Origin: Capsulimonadales bacterium
GTDB lineage: Bacteria; Armatimonadota; Armatimonadia; Armatimonadales; Armatimonadaceae
NCBI GenBank assembly: GCA_033762295.1
Contig: JANRLW010000055.1
Coordinates: forward strand, 1 to 12,813
DNA length: 12,813 bases
Direction of reading: 5' to 3'
Shown: positions 1 through 7,209 of the stretch, piece after piece
How the letters are laid out: the number at the start of each line of letters is the position of its first letter
How positions within the stretch are numbered: position 1 is the stretch's first letter
The notes under the pieces: model-generated
Told to the model about the DNA's origin: nothing
The model's input: only the letters and a program-made list of their open reading frames with translations
The model's database searches: none
Made by a program: the position numbers and the translations under genes

Positions 1-1
1 G

Positions 2-652
2 GCGTTCGATCCGATCGGCGGATTCCTCTGGGAAACGGAAAATGCCGACGACGCCTTCAGCGAACTGAATCGTATCATTCCGGGCATGAACGGCGGATGG
101 ATCCAGTTTATGGGACCGGCCAGCCGAATCGCCGACTTCAAGCGCATCGAAACGACCCAGTTCAACAACGCCATGCAGCAGGTGCGTTACCCACCGACCC
201 GCATCGCCTACACCCGCAATCTGGCAACCTCACGCCTGTTCATGCTGCCCGGCGCCACCTATGTCGACCCGGAACTGAGCTGGCGTTATGAGATCGGTCC
301 TTCCGGCGCGACCTTCGTGAGCGGGGAGGCCCTCGGCGCGGAATACAACGGCACTTTCTGGTTCGGCACGGCGCGCAGTTTCACCCAGGTCGGTGGCAAT
401 GGAGGGAGCCTCTATCGGGTCCGGCTGACGGCGGACCGACTCCGGGTCGATACCAGCGCCGACGCGCGGCTCGCGGATAAGGTGGCGGACAACCTGTTCC
501 GCCCGACCAAGTTCGATGGGACCGAGAGCGAAAGTCTGGTCATCGGCGAAGGGTTCGGCACGACGACCGATATCGTTCAGGGACCGGACGGCAACCTGTA
601 TGTCGTTTCGCTCACCGACAACACGATCTACACGATCAGCCGACGCCCGTAA
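2..652 (+). CDS. PQQ-dependent sugar dehydrogenase (glucose/sorbosone dehydrogenase, GSDH family beta-propeller), 5'-truncated by window edge
   Basis: The frame is open from position 2: AFDPIGGFLWETENADDAFSELNRIIPGMNGGW matches the GSDH pattern FDP..G.LW..EN....E.N....G.N.GW. The C-terminus TDIVQGPDGNLYVVSLTDNTIYTI is a typical final propeller blade. The ATG at 86 is internal. Confidence 0.85.
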   Translation, partial: AFDPIGGFLWETENADDAFSELNRIIPGMNGGWIQFMGPASRIADFKRIETTQFNNAMQQVRYPPTRIAYTRNLATSRLFMLPGATYVDPELSWRYEIGPSGATFVSGEALGAEYNGTFWFGTARSFTQVGGNGGSLYRVRLTADRLRVDTSADARLADKVADNLFRPTKFDGTESESLVIGEGFGTTTDIVQGPDGNLYVVSLTDNTIYTISRRP

Positions 653-685
653 GGCCGGAAACAACGGATTACATCGAGGAAAACA

Positions 686-1432
686 ATGAAAAAGATCAAT
701 ATTGCCATGAAACGCATTGCCGCACTGGCGCTGTTCGGATCGGTCGTTTCCGCCGCGCAGGCGCAGGAACTGATCACGAACGGCGGCTTTGAGGCCGGAT
801 TTTCCGGCTGGACGGTCATTGACCAGGTGGGAAGTGAAGGGACGTTCTTCGTGCAGACGGGAACCACCAGCCCGATTAACGGATTCGACGTCCCGGCGGC
901 TCCCGAGGGGACGCAGGCGGCCATGACCGATGCCGAGGCGGCAGGCTCCCATGTGCTCTATCAGGACCTGGTTCTCCCGACCGAGATCGGACAGGGGATT
1001 CTGCGCTTCTCCGTATATGTCAACAGCGGCGATACGTTCCGAACGCCGACGAACCTGGACTGGGCGGCGACCAATCGAACCGGGGCATTGAACCTGAACC
1101 AGCAAGCGCGCGTGGACCTTCTCTCCGCCCTGGCCGACCCGTTCAGCGTGGCCTCCGCCGACATCGTCACCAACGTTTTCCGGACCACGCCCACCGATCC
1201 GCTGATCTCCGGTTACACGGATTTCGCCGTCGATATCACGCCGTTCCTTCGGGCGAACGCCGGTCAGACGGTGCGACTCCGGTTCGCCGAGGTCGATAAC
1301 GTCTCCTTCTTCAACTTCGGCGTCGATCGGGTCTCCCTGCTGATCGCCGCCGCGCCGGAACCGGGCACGTTCGCCCTGCTCGCCCTGGGTGTGGCCGCGT
1401 TCGTCGTCCGCCGCCGCCGAAACGCCGCCTGA
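686..1432 (+). CDS. PEP-CTERM sorting-domain surface protein (248 aa) with signal peptide and predicted carbohydrate-binding-like beta-sandwich
   Basis: GAGGA SD at 676-680. Signal peptide ends ...VVSAAQA|QE. The mature domain starts LITNGGFE and ends GVDRVSL. The C-terminus APEPGTFALLALGVAAFVVRRRR has the PEP motif, a TM helix and a basic tail. Confidence 0.9.
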   Translation: MKKINIAMKRIAALALFGSVVSAAQAQELITNGGFEAGFSGWTVIDQVGSEGTFFVQTGTTSPINGFDVPAAPEGTQAAMTDAEAAGSHVLYQDLVLPTEIGQGILRFSVYVNSGDTFRTPTNLDWAATNRTGALNLNQQARVDLLSALADPFSVASADIVTNVFRTTPTDPLISGYTDFAVDITPFLRANAGQTVRLRFAEVDNVSFFNFGVDRVSLLIAAAPEPGTFALLALGVAAFVVRRRRNAA

Positions 1433-1437
1433 GAGCG

Positions 1438-1458
1438 GTCGACAGCGAGTCGACAGCG
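1438..1458. repeat. Short tandem direct repeat GTCGACAGCG x2
   Basis: Copies at 1438-1447 and 1449-1458, just after the stop codon at 1432. Confidence 0.7.
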
Positions 1459-1483
1459 GATCGCTCCTCCCGGAGTTTCGTGA

Positions 1484-1514
1484 CGGAGGTTTCCTGCCCT
1501 GCAGGAAACCTCCG
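1484..1514. promoter_or_regulatory. Perfect 14-bp inverted repeat (hairpin or operator) upstream of the PhyH gene
   Basis: CGGAGGTTTCCTGC-cct-GCAGGAAACCTCCG. No flanking T-tract, so not a classical intrinsic terminator. Function is inferred. Confidence 0.55.
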
Positions 1515-1560
1515 ATCTTCCGGAGTACTTCCCGGTAGGAACCGCACCGAAGGAGGCGCT

Positions 1561-2502
1561 ATGCAGACCACCTCAGAAACGCCGGATCGAACGCCCGAGA
1601 CGGATACCGCACAGGCGGCGGGGTATCGGGTCGCCCCACCCGGATTCACACCCGAGCAGCGAGAATTTTTCGAACGCGAGGGGTATCTGATCCTGCCCGA
1701 GCGGCTCACCGACGCCGAAACCGACCGCTATATCGAAGCGATAGACCGGCATACCCGGGATCACCCGAAGTACGATCCGACCAAATTCTTCGCCCGGGAG
1801 AATATTGTCGAACTGGACGAGGTTTTTGCCGAGCTGATCGACCATCCGCGCCATGTCGGGTATGTGTACGATTACTACGGCGAACTTCTGAAGCTGCACC
1901 TGTCGCAGTTCTTTCTGCGACCGCACGGGGGGTGGTATAACCAGTGGCATCCGGACGGAGCGCGGGCGGTGCCCTACCAGGTGTTCATGCCCGAACTTCC
2001 CTGCCAGATCAAGGTGGCCTACTGGCTGACCGACGTCCTCCAGCCGAAGATGGGCAACCTGGTGATGATGCCCGGCTCGCACCGTCAGCAGTACTTCGAC
2101 GCCTACGATACCGACCGGAGCGTGCCGGGCGAAAAAATCCTCTGCGTTCCGCGCGGCAGCATCACGCTGATGAACTGCAACGTCTGGCATCGTGTGGAAC
2201 CCAACGAATCCGACATCGTACGCAAGAATTTTTTCCTCGCCTACTGTCCTTCCTGGGTGGTTGCGGCCGATCGTCTACGGAACGATCCGGAGTGGGTCAA
2301 AACGCTCCGGCGCGAGCAGCGGATCATCCTGCGTTCCTATGAGTATGCCTACGACCATACCAAGCCTCCGGCCTCCGACTTTCCCCTGTTTCTCGATCGG
2401 GAGACGGGACTCGATCATGATCCGGGAAGGTATGCGGACCATGTCGCCCGCCATCGCCGTAAGCGTCTGCTGCCGCATGAAAAGGGACAGGTCGTGGTGT
2501 AG
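1561..2502 (+). CDS. Phytanoyl-CoA dioxygenase (PhyH) family Fe(II)/2-oxoglutarate dioxygenase (313 aa)
   Basis: AGGAGG SD at 1551-1556 supports the ATG at 1561 over the GTG at 1480. Family motifs: EQREFFEREGYL, WHPD (HxD), WLTD...GNL.MMPGSHR, GS.TLMN..VWHR..PN.S...RK. Confidence 0.88.
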   Translation: MQTTSETPDRTPETDTAQAAGYRVAPPGFTPEQREFFEREGYLILPERLTDAETDRYIEAIDRHTRDHPKYDPTKFFARENIVELDEVFAELIDHPRHVGYVYDYYGELLKLHLSQFFLRPHGGWYNQWHPDGARAVPYQVFMPELPCQIKVAYWLTDVLQPKMGNLVMMPGSHRQQYFDAYDTDRSVPGEKILCVPRGSITLMNCNVWHRVEPNESDIVRKNFFLAYCPSWVVAADRLRNDPEWVKTLRREQRIILRSYEYAYDHTKPPASDFPLFLDRETGLDHDPGRYADHVARHRRKRLLPHEKGQVVV

Positions 2503-2511
2503 CCGGTACGC

Positions 2512-3510
2512 CTAGGCGTGGCCCGTTAAACCGGCGAAGTAGGCGACACTGCGCGTCACGATATCCCACTCCTCCGCGCCGACGACTTCGGAGTTCTCGC
2601 CGCGTTCCCACGCGCTGGAATAGGGCGCATCCTGCGGTCGGCCCTTTTCCCACAGAATCCGTAACGCGCCGATCAGATCGGTCGTCGGCGTGGACGGGTA
2701 GCCGTCCCACCAGCCCCGGTCCAGGATCGGTATCGTCCGCGTCGGCTGAGCCGCGATCTCGATTCCCGGGAGCAGGTACGGAAACCCGTTGTCGCGCACG
2801 GCGGAAAGGATCGCCGGAAAATCGATCACGCCGTCGCCCGCCGCGCACCGGACCAGTCGATAGCCTTGCGGCGCGTAATGGATGGTGTAGTCCTTGAGGT
2901 GCAGATGACGGATCAGGGGGGCGAGCCGTCGTGCGGCCTGAACCGGCTCCTCACCCACCGCCAGCGGATTGCCGGTATCCAGTGTAATGCCGTAGGCCGG
3001 ATGATAGTCCGTCATCGAATGGAGCAGGAGGAGGTCGTCGGTGGTGGCGTCCTGGTGGTTTTCGACGGCAAGGGCGATCCCGAGATCGGCGGCGATCGGC
3101 AAAATCGCCTTCAAACGCTCGGCCATCACGGCGAGACGGGCTTCCCAACCCTCGGGCAGCGGGCGGCGGTCGCCGCACAGCACGGTGGAGATCAGCGTCC
3201 GCATCACCTTCGCGCCGACCGCCGCCGCGCGCCGGACCATCGTTGCCGCCGCCTCTTCGGAGACATCGGGCAGCGCCATAAACTCGACGGTGATCCTCAG
3301 ATCGCGTTCGGCAAGCAGATCGATCAGGGCTTCGTCGGGCAGCACGGCGGGATCGGGCAGGGGCATATCGATTCCGTGCAGATCGAACCGCTTGACTTCA
3401 TCGAGTAACTGCGGAATCGAGAAGGGCCTGGGATACTTTACCCCGTCCCGCGTCGCCAGATAGCCCATGCGATGCGGAAAGCCATACGTCGTCAGTGAGT
3501 AAGGGAGCAT
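2512..3510 (-). CDS. Sugar phosphate isomerase/epimerase, AP endonuclease 2 (xylose-isomerase-like) TIM-barrel metalloenzyme (332 aa)
   Basis: Metal-ligand motifs AVENH, LDTGN, HLHLKD, GDGVIDF and IEI. Start placed at ATG 3510 (MLPYSL), because the longer ORF start at 3591 overlaps the wza-like gene. Confidence 0.85.
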   Translation of the reverse strand: MLPYSLTTYGFPHRMGYLATRDGVKYPRPFSIPQLLDEVKRFDLHGIDMPLPDPAVLPDEALIDLLAERDLRITVEFMALPDVSEEAAATMVRRAAAVGAKVMRTLISTVLCGDRRPLPEGWEARLAVMAERLKAILPIAADLGIALAVENHQDATTDDLLLLHSMTDYHPAYGITLDTGNPLAVGEEPVQAARRLAPLIRHLHLKDYTIHYAPQGYRLVRCAAGDGVIDFPAILSAVRDNGFPYLLPGIEIAAQPTRTIPILDRGWWDGYPSTPTTDLIGALRILWEKGRPQDAPYSSAWERGENSEVVGAEEWDIVTRSVAYFAGLTGHA

Positions 3511-3522
3511 ACCTCGATTGTA
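3511..3522 (-). promoter_or_regulatory. Candidate -10 element (TACAAT) for a leaderless transcript of the TIM-barrel gene
   Basis: Minus strand reads cggTACAATcgaggtATG, with the -10 box 6 nt before the ATG. GAGGT abuts the ATG, too close to act as an SD. No good -35. Confidence 0.5.
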
Positions 3523-3536
3523 CCGTACGGCACAAC

Positions 3537-4862
3537 CTAGCGGAGCCGCACCCCCGGAAGGACCGCCTGAACGATGCCGAACAATCCCCATGCCTGCCAG
3601 ATACCACCGACATAATCCGGACGCTTGACATCCGGAATGAAGACGATATCCTGCGGCAGAATCTCCGGATTCTGTTTCAGGTCGCCGTTCGCCAGAAACT
3701 TGCCGAACTTGTAACTCTTTATGGTGAGCTTGCCATCGACCATGCGCATGACCTTGACGTCGTCGATCTTTGCCCGTGCGGACGTGCCGCCGAATCCCAT
3801 GACATCCACCAGGTAGGTCGGCTGATCCTCGCGCAGGTAGACTTTCCGCTGGGTATTTATCTCTCCGAAGACATGGATAAATCGCTGGGAAACGGGTATG
3901 TCCAGCGTATCCAGGTCTTCGAGCGGGATGTCGGGGGTCGAATCGTCCGTCAGCAGCGTCAACAGGTTGACTTTGGTCGCGGTTTGCGGGGAGTTGGGGT
4001 CGCCCGAGACGGTATGGCGATAGAGTCGCGCGTTGCGGACGTCGCCGGTCGCGCCCGTCGTGGTGTATCCGAGTTGCACCAGCGCCTGACGCAGTCCGAA
4101 CCGTTCGTCCAGTTCATGAACCCCGCGCGGCCCCTCGCCCTTCACAAAAAGTCGCTTGGCGCGCGGACCTTCGAGAACCAGCGTATCGCCTTCCATCAGG
4201 GGGACGTTCTCGGCGGAATCGGGGTTTGTCAGGGCGGCATGGAGGTGAATCGGAAGCGGCGCGGGGCGCAGAGGGTTCAGAATCTTGGCGGTTACCCGCT
4301 CCGGGTTGTTGACGCTGCCAATGACCGCATACAGTTCGGTGATCCGCCAGCCGTTTTTCAGGTCGAAATCGCCGCTGCGACCGACGTTGCCGCGAACGAA
4401 GACACGGCGAACCCGCATCTCGATCACCGATACCGAAACCTGACCGGGCCGCAGAACCAGTTTGCCCTCGGTCGTCAACTGACGGGTGATCTCTTCCGTC
4501 AGTTCCTCGCAGGTTTTGCCACGGGCGACGATCGGTTGGGTCAGACGGGGAAGGCGGATTTTCGCGTCGGCGAGGAGGCGAACGGCCCGGGTGACGTCGC
4601 CATGGCGGGTGACATCGATCTGGAGCACATCGCCGGTATCGACCCGGTAGTTCAGCGGAACGTTCACGGCGGTCGCCGGTCCGGCGGACGTTCCCGTCAC
4701 CGAGTTGGCCGGATTTGTCGTGCCGACCGGGGGGGCAGGGACGGAGGGAGCGGCGCCGGAGAGCGGCGCGGACAATCCCTGGGCGTGGCACAACGCCGTG
4801 GTGGAAATCGTCAGCAGGCTGGCGGCGAGCAGACCTGTGGAAACCCGTGTGATTTCGATCAT
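3537..4862 (-). CDS. Polysaccharide biosynthesis/export protein (Wza/OPX-like; Poly_export plus SLBB domains), 441 aa
   Basis: AGGAGGAG SD; signal peptide plus Pro/Ala/Thr-rich linker. Poly_export signature YRVDTGDVLQIDV...ADAKIRLP..ARGKT.EEL...I...L. Repeated SLBB-like units (VFVRGNV, LMEGDTL, IHVFGEI, NPEILPQDIVFIP) and an amphipathic C-terminal helix. ATGA overlap with the upstream gene. Confidence 0.88.
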   Translation of the reverse strand: MIEITRVSTGLLAASLLTISTTALCHAQGLSAPLSGAAPSVPAPPVGTTNPANSVTGTSAGPATAVNVPLNYRVDTGDVLQIDVTRHGDVTRAVRLLADAKIRLPRLTQPIVARGKTCEELTEEITRQLTTEGKLVLRPGQVSVSVIEMRVRRVFVRGNVGRSGDFDLKNGWRITELYAVIGSVNNPERVTAKILNPLRPAPLPIHLHAALTNPDSAENVPLMEGDTLVLEGPRAKRLFVKGEGPRGVHELDERFGLRQALVQLGYTTTGATGDVRNARLYRHTVSGDPNSPQTATKVNLLTLLTDDSTPDIPLEDLDTLDIPVSQRFIHVFGEINTQRKVYLREDQPTYLVDVMGFGGTSARAKIDDVKVMRMVDGKLTIKSYKFGKFLANGDLKQNPEILPQDIVFIPDVKRPDYVGGIWQAWGLFGIVQAVLPGVRLR

Positions 4863-6970
4863 GCGATTTTCTCCTCCTGAGCGGGAACGCCGACGATATC
4901 CGCCCCTTCCTCCGTATTGACGATCACTCCGAGAATATTCGGTTTGTACCCGTTGGTCAGAAGCCGTCGGGCGCGAGCGACGCTTTCCGCCGGGGTGATA
5001 CCGCGTCCCGCGTCGGGCGTCACCAGGACCAGACCGTTGGCCGCCTTCTCCAGGGGGGCGATGATCGGCGCCTGCCAGACGGACGGTCCGCTGACCAGGA
5101 CGAGATCGGTATCTCGATCGGATGCCATTTCCCGGAAGAAGCGACGCAGGCCCGAATCGCTCATCGGGGTCGGATCGTCCGGCGATCCGGCGGACAGGAA
5201 GCGCAGACTGCCGTTCGCCCCGATGTGCAGGATGTCCCGGAACCGGTGACGACCGGCCAGGACGTCCGCCAGACCCGGAGCGTCGGGAGCGCCGAAGACA
5301 TGGTTCAGGCGGGGTTGGGCGCGATCCGCGTCGATCAGGGTGACCCGAACACCGTCGCGAACCAGAGTCGCGGCAATCTGTGCGGCGACGGCCGCCGTGG
5401 CGTCATCGGAACGGGTACCTGCCAGAAGAATGATCGGGACCGGGTCGCGGGGACCCCGATGCGCCAGAGAAAAGCCAATCTCGCGCAGGGTATCGGTTGC
5501 GCTGACCGTCGGTCGGACCGGGGCGGGAAGACCGTCCGGATTGGCGGCGGCGGCCCCCGGCAGGGCGACCGGAACCGCCCCGAGCAGAGGAACCCCACCC
5601 ACCCGCGGGAAATCCATCTCGGGTGTCTCGATCATGCTGCCCGAGGCCAGGTACTCCGCCAGCAGTGCGAAGCCGAACCCGAGGAAAAGGCCGAGGGTGA
5701 TCGCCATCGCCAGGTTCAGCAACGGCTTGGGACTGAGCGGCTGTTCCGGCAACCGGGCGTCCTCCAGGACACGCAGATTCGGACCGCTCATGACGCGGGT
5801 CATTCGCATATTGATGAGGCCAAGCCGCGCCTTTTCGTAAGCCTCGTTCGCGGCGTCCCGCTTTCGCTTCAAACCTTCGTAGATGTTCTGCTGCTCGGTC
5901 AGGGTCTTCTGCTGCCCCTCGAGTTCGGCATACCGTTTGGTCAAAGATTCGATGCCATGCTCGGTCTGCTTGATGGCGATCAGGCTGTCGAAAATCGCGC
6001 TCTGGACCCGGGCATAGTCGGGATTGCGAATGATGCCGCGCGAACCGGGGGAAAACCGTTCCTTTTCCGCGTCCGCGATGGCCCGTTTGAGTTCCCGAAT
6101 CTCCGAATCGACCGCTTTGACTTCGTCGCTGTCCTCGGCGTAGTCGAACCGCAGCTTCTGGCGGACGACTCCCAGGCGGGTAATCTCCGAGCGGTAGCTA
6201 TCGATCACCGGGTTTTTGACCAGGGTATAGCTTTCGGCGCGTTCCGGGGGAATGCGCGCCAGTTGTTTCTGCTGGTCGGCGAGGGCCTGTCGCTGGAGAA
6301 TCAGTTGACGGCGCGATTCCTCCAACTGGTTGCGGACATTGACCGTAGTGACGGCGCGGTCTCGATAGAGGATCGACGGGTCGGACATACCGGCGCGAGA
6401 CAGGAACGCGTTCAGATTGCGTTCGGCGGCATTTTTCTCGTTATACGCCTCGTCCCGGGCGCGCCGCAGCCGCTCCTCGGAAACATCCGCCTTATCTTCA
6501 TACTCGCGTCCTACCAGGCGAATGTAGTGATCGGCGAGAAGGTCCGCGATCTTTTTTGCGTCCGCCGCGGTTTTGGCGCGAACGCTGATATCCAGGATCT
6601 GCCCGCCGCCGCTCGGAGCCAGAACCACGCGCCCTTTCAAACTCTCGGCGTTTTCATCACGTAACCGGCCGGCATGGATGACGTCCGTCAGGAAGTTCCG
6701 CGACTTGATCTTCTCCATCTCGGCATCGAGCGGACGGGAGTTCGCTCCGGTGATCAGGTCAAGAATATTACTGGGTGCGGCCGTATTGTTCGGGCCATCC
6801 ATCAGAACACGGGACGTCGCCTGGTACACCGGCTGCATTCGGGAGGTAAGGAGCAGGGTCGTCGTCACCACCGCGATAAATGTGATGACCGCGAGCAGTG
6901 CGCGGCGGCGCACGATACGAACGAGGTCCCGCAGGGTGACCGGCGGGGGCAGTTTCCAGGAGTCGTCCAA
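4859..6970 (-). CDS. Polysaccharide co-polymerase, Wzc/GumC-like, with degenerate C-terminal BY-kinase-like domain (703 aa)
   Basis: TTG start with GGAGAAG upstream. N-terminal TM plus YQATSRVL; long coiled-coil periplasmic region; A.LPEQPLSPKP plus second TM; cytoplasmic CapB-like domain (LIDAD..QPRL..VFG....PGLADVL, ILGVIVN). Confidence 0.88.
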   Translation of the reverse strand: MDDSWKLPPPVTLRDLVRIVRRRALLAVITFIAVVTTTLLLTSRMQPVYQATSRVLMDGPNNTAAPSNILDLITGANSRPLDAEMEKIKSRNFLTDVIHAGRLRDENAESLKGRVVLAPSGGGQILDISVRAKTAADAKKIADLLADHYIRLVGREYEDKADVSEERLRRARDEAYNEKNAAERNLNAFLSRAGMSDPSILYRDRAVTTVNVRNQLEESRRQLILQRQALADQQKQLARIPPERAESYTLVKNPVIDSYRSEITRLGVVRQKLRFDYAEDSDEVKAVDSEIRELKRAIADAEKERFSPGSRGIIRNPDYARVQSAIFDSLIAIKQTEHGIESLTKRYAELEGQQKTLTEQQNIYEGLKRKRDAANEAYEKARLGLINMRMTRVMSGPNLRVLEDARLPEQPLSPKPLLNLAMAITLGLFLGFGFALLAEYLASGSMIETPEMDFPRVGGVPLLGAVPVALPGAAAANPDGLPAPVRPTVSATDTLREIGFSLAHRGPRDPVPIILLAGTRSDDATAAVAAQIAATLVRDGVRVTLIDADRAQPRLNHVFGAPDAPGLADVLAGRHRFRDILHIGANGSLRFLSAGSPDDPTPMSDSGLRRFFREMASDRDTDLVLVSGPSVWQAPIIAPLEKAANGLVLVTPDAGRGITPAESVARARRLLTNGYKPNILGVIVNTEEGADIVGVPAQEEKIA

Positions 6971-7050
6971 TTCGTTTCTTCTCCGGTGACAGGGCTGTCG
7001 TCGCTTTGATTCCGGTAAAGCGTACCCGCTTCAAGCCTTCCCCGGTATAA

Positions 7051-7076
7051 GACGAATTTGTCGGAAGGAGGTTTCC
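7051..7076 (-). promoter_or_regulatory. Candidate ECF-sigma-type promoter for the wzc-wza operon
   Basis: Minus strand reads GGAAAC-N16-CGTC, matching the GAAAC-N16-CGT(A/C) pattern of Bacillus SigM/SigW-type ECF promoters, about 80 nt upstream of the TTG start. Confidence 0.45.
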
Positions 7077-7127
7077 GCAAACCATTACCGGAAAACCGGA
7101 GAAACCTCTGCGCCCGGTCTCCGTTTC

Positions 7128-7156
7128 TTGTTACCCTGTCGAAACTACTTTGTCAA
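7128..7156 (-). promoter_or_regulatory. Candidate sigma70 promoter toward wzc
   Basis: Minus strand reads TTGACA-N17-TAACAA: perfect -35, weak -10. Confidence 0.35.
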
Positions 7157-7174
7157 GCAGAGTCCACGGGCCGC

Positions 7175-7209
7175 TTGCCCGTGACAGCGACACTATGTTA
7201 GAATTTCGC
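7175..7209 (+). promoter_or_regulatory. Sigma70-type extended -10 promoter, probably giving a leaderless fhs mRNA
   Basis: TTGCCC (7175-7180), N18, TAGAAT (7199-7204) preceded by TGn; then 5 nt to ATG 7210, with no SD. Confidence 0.6.

Noticed and set aside
3495..4880. 461-aa plus-strand ORF antisense to wza
   Set aside because: Mirror-frame shadow of a well-supported gene in GC-rich DNA; no recognisable motifs.
5225..6664. 479-aa plus-strand ORF antisense to wzc
   Set aside because: Antisense shadow fully inside wzc; no family signature.
6768..7085. Small minus-strand ORFs (105 aa and 71 aa) spanning the wzc upstream region
   Set aside because: They overlap the wzc start out of frame, cover promoter-like sequence, and lack protein-like features.
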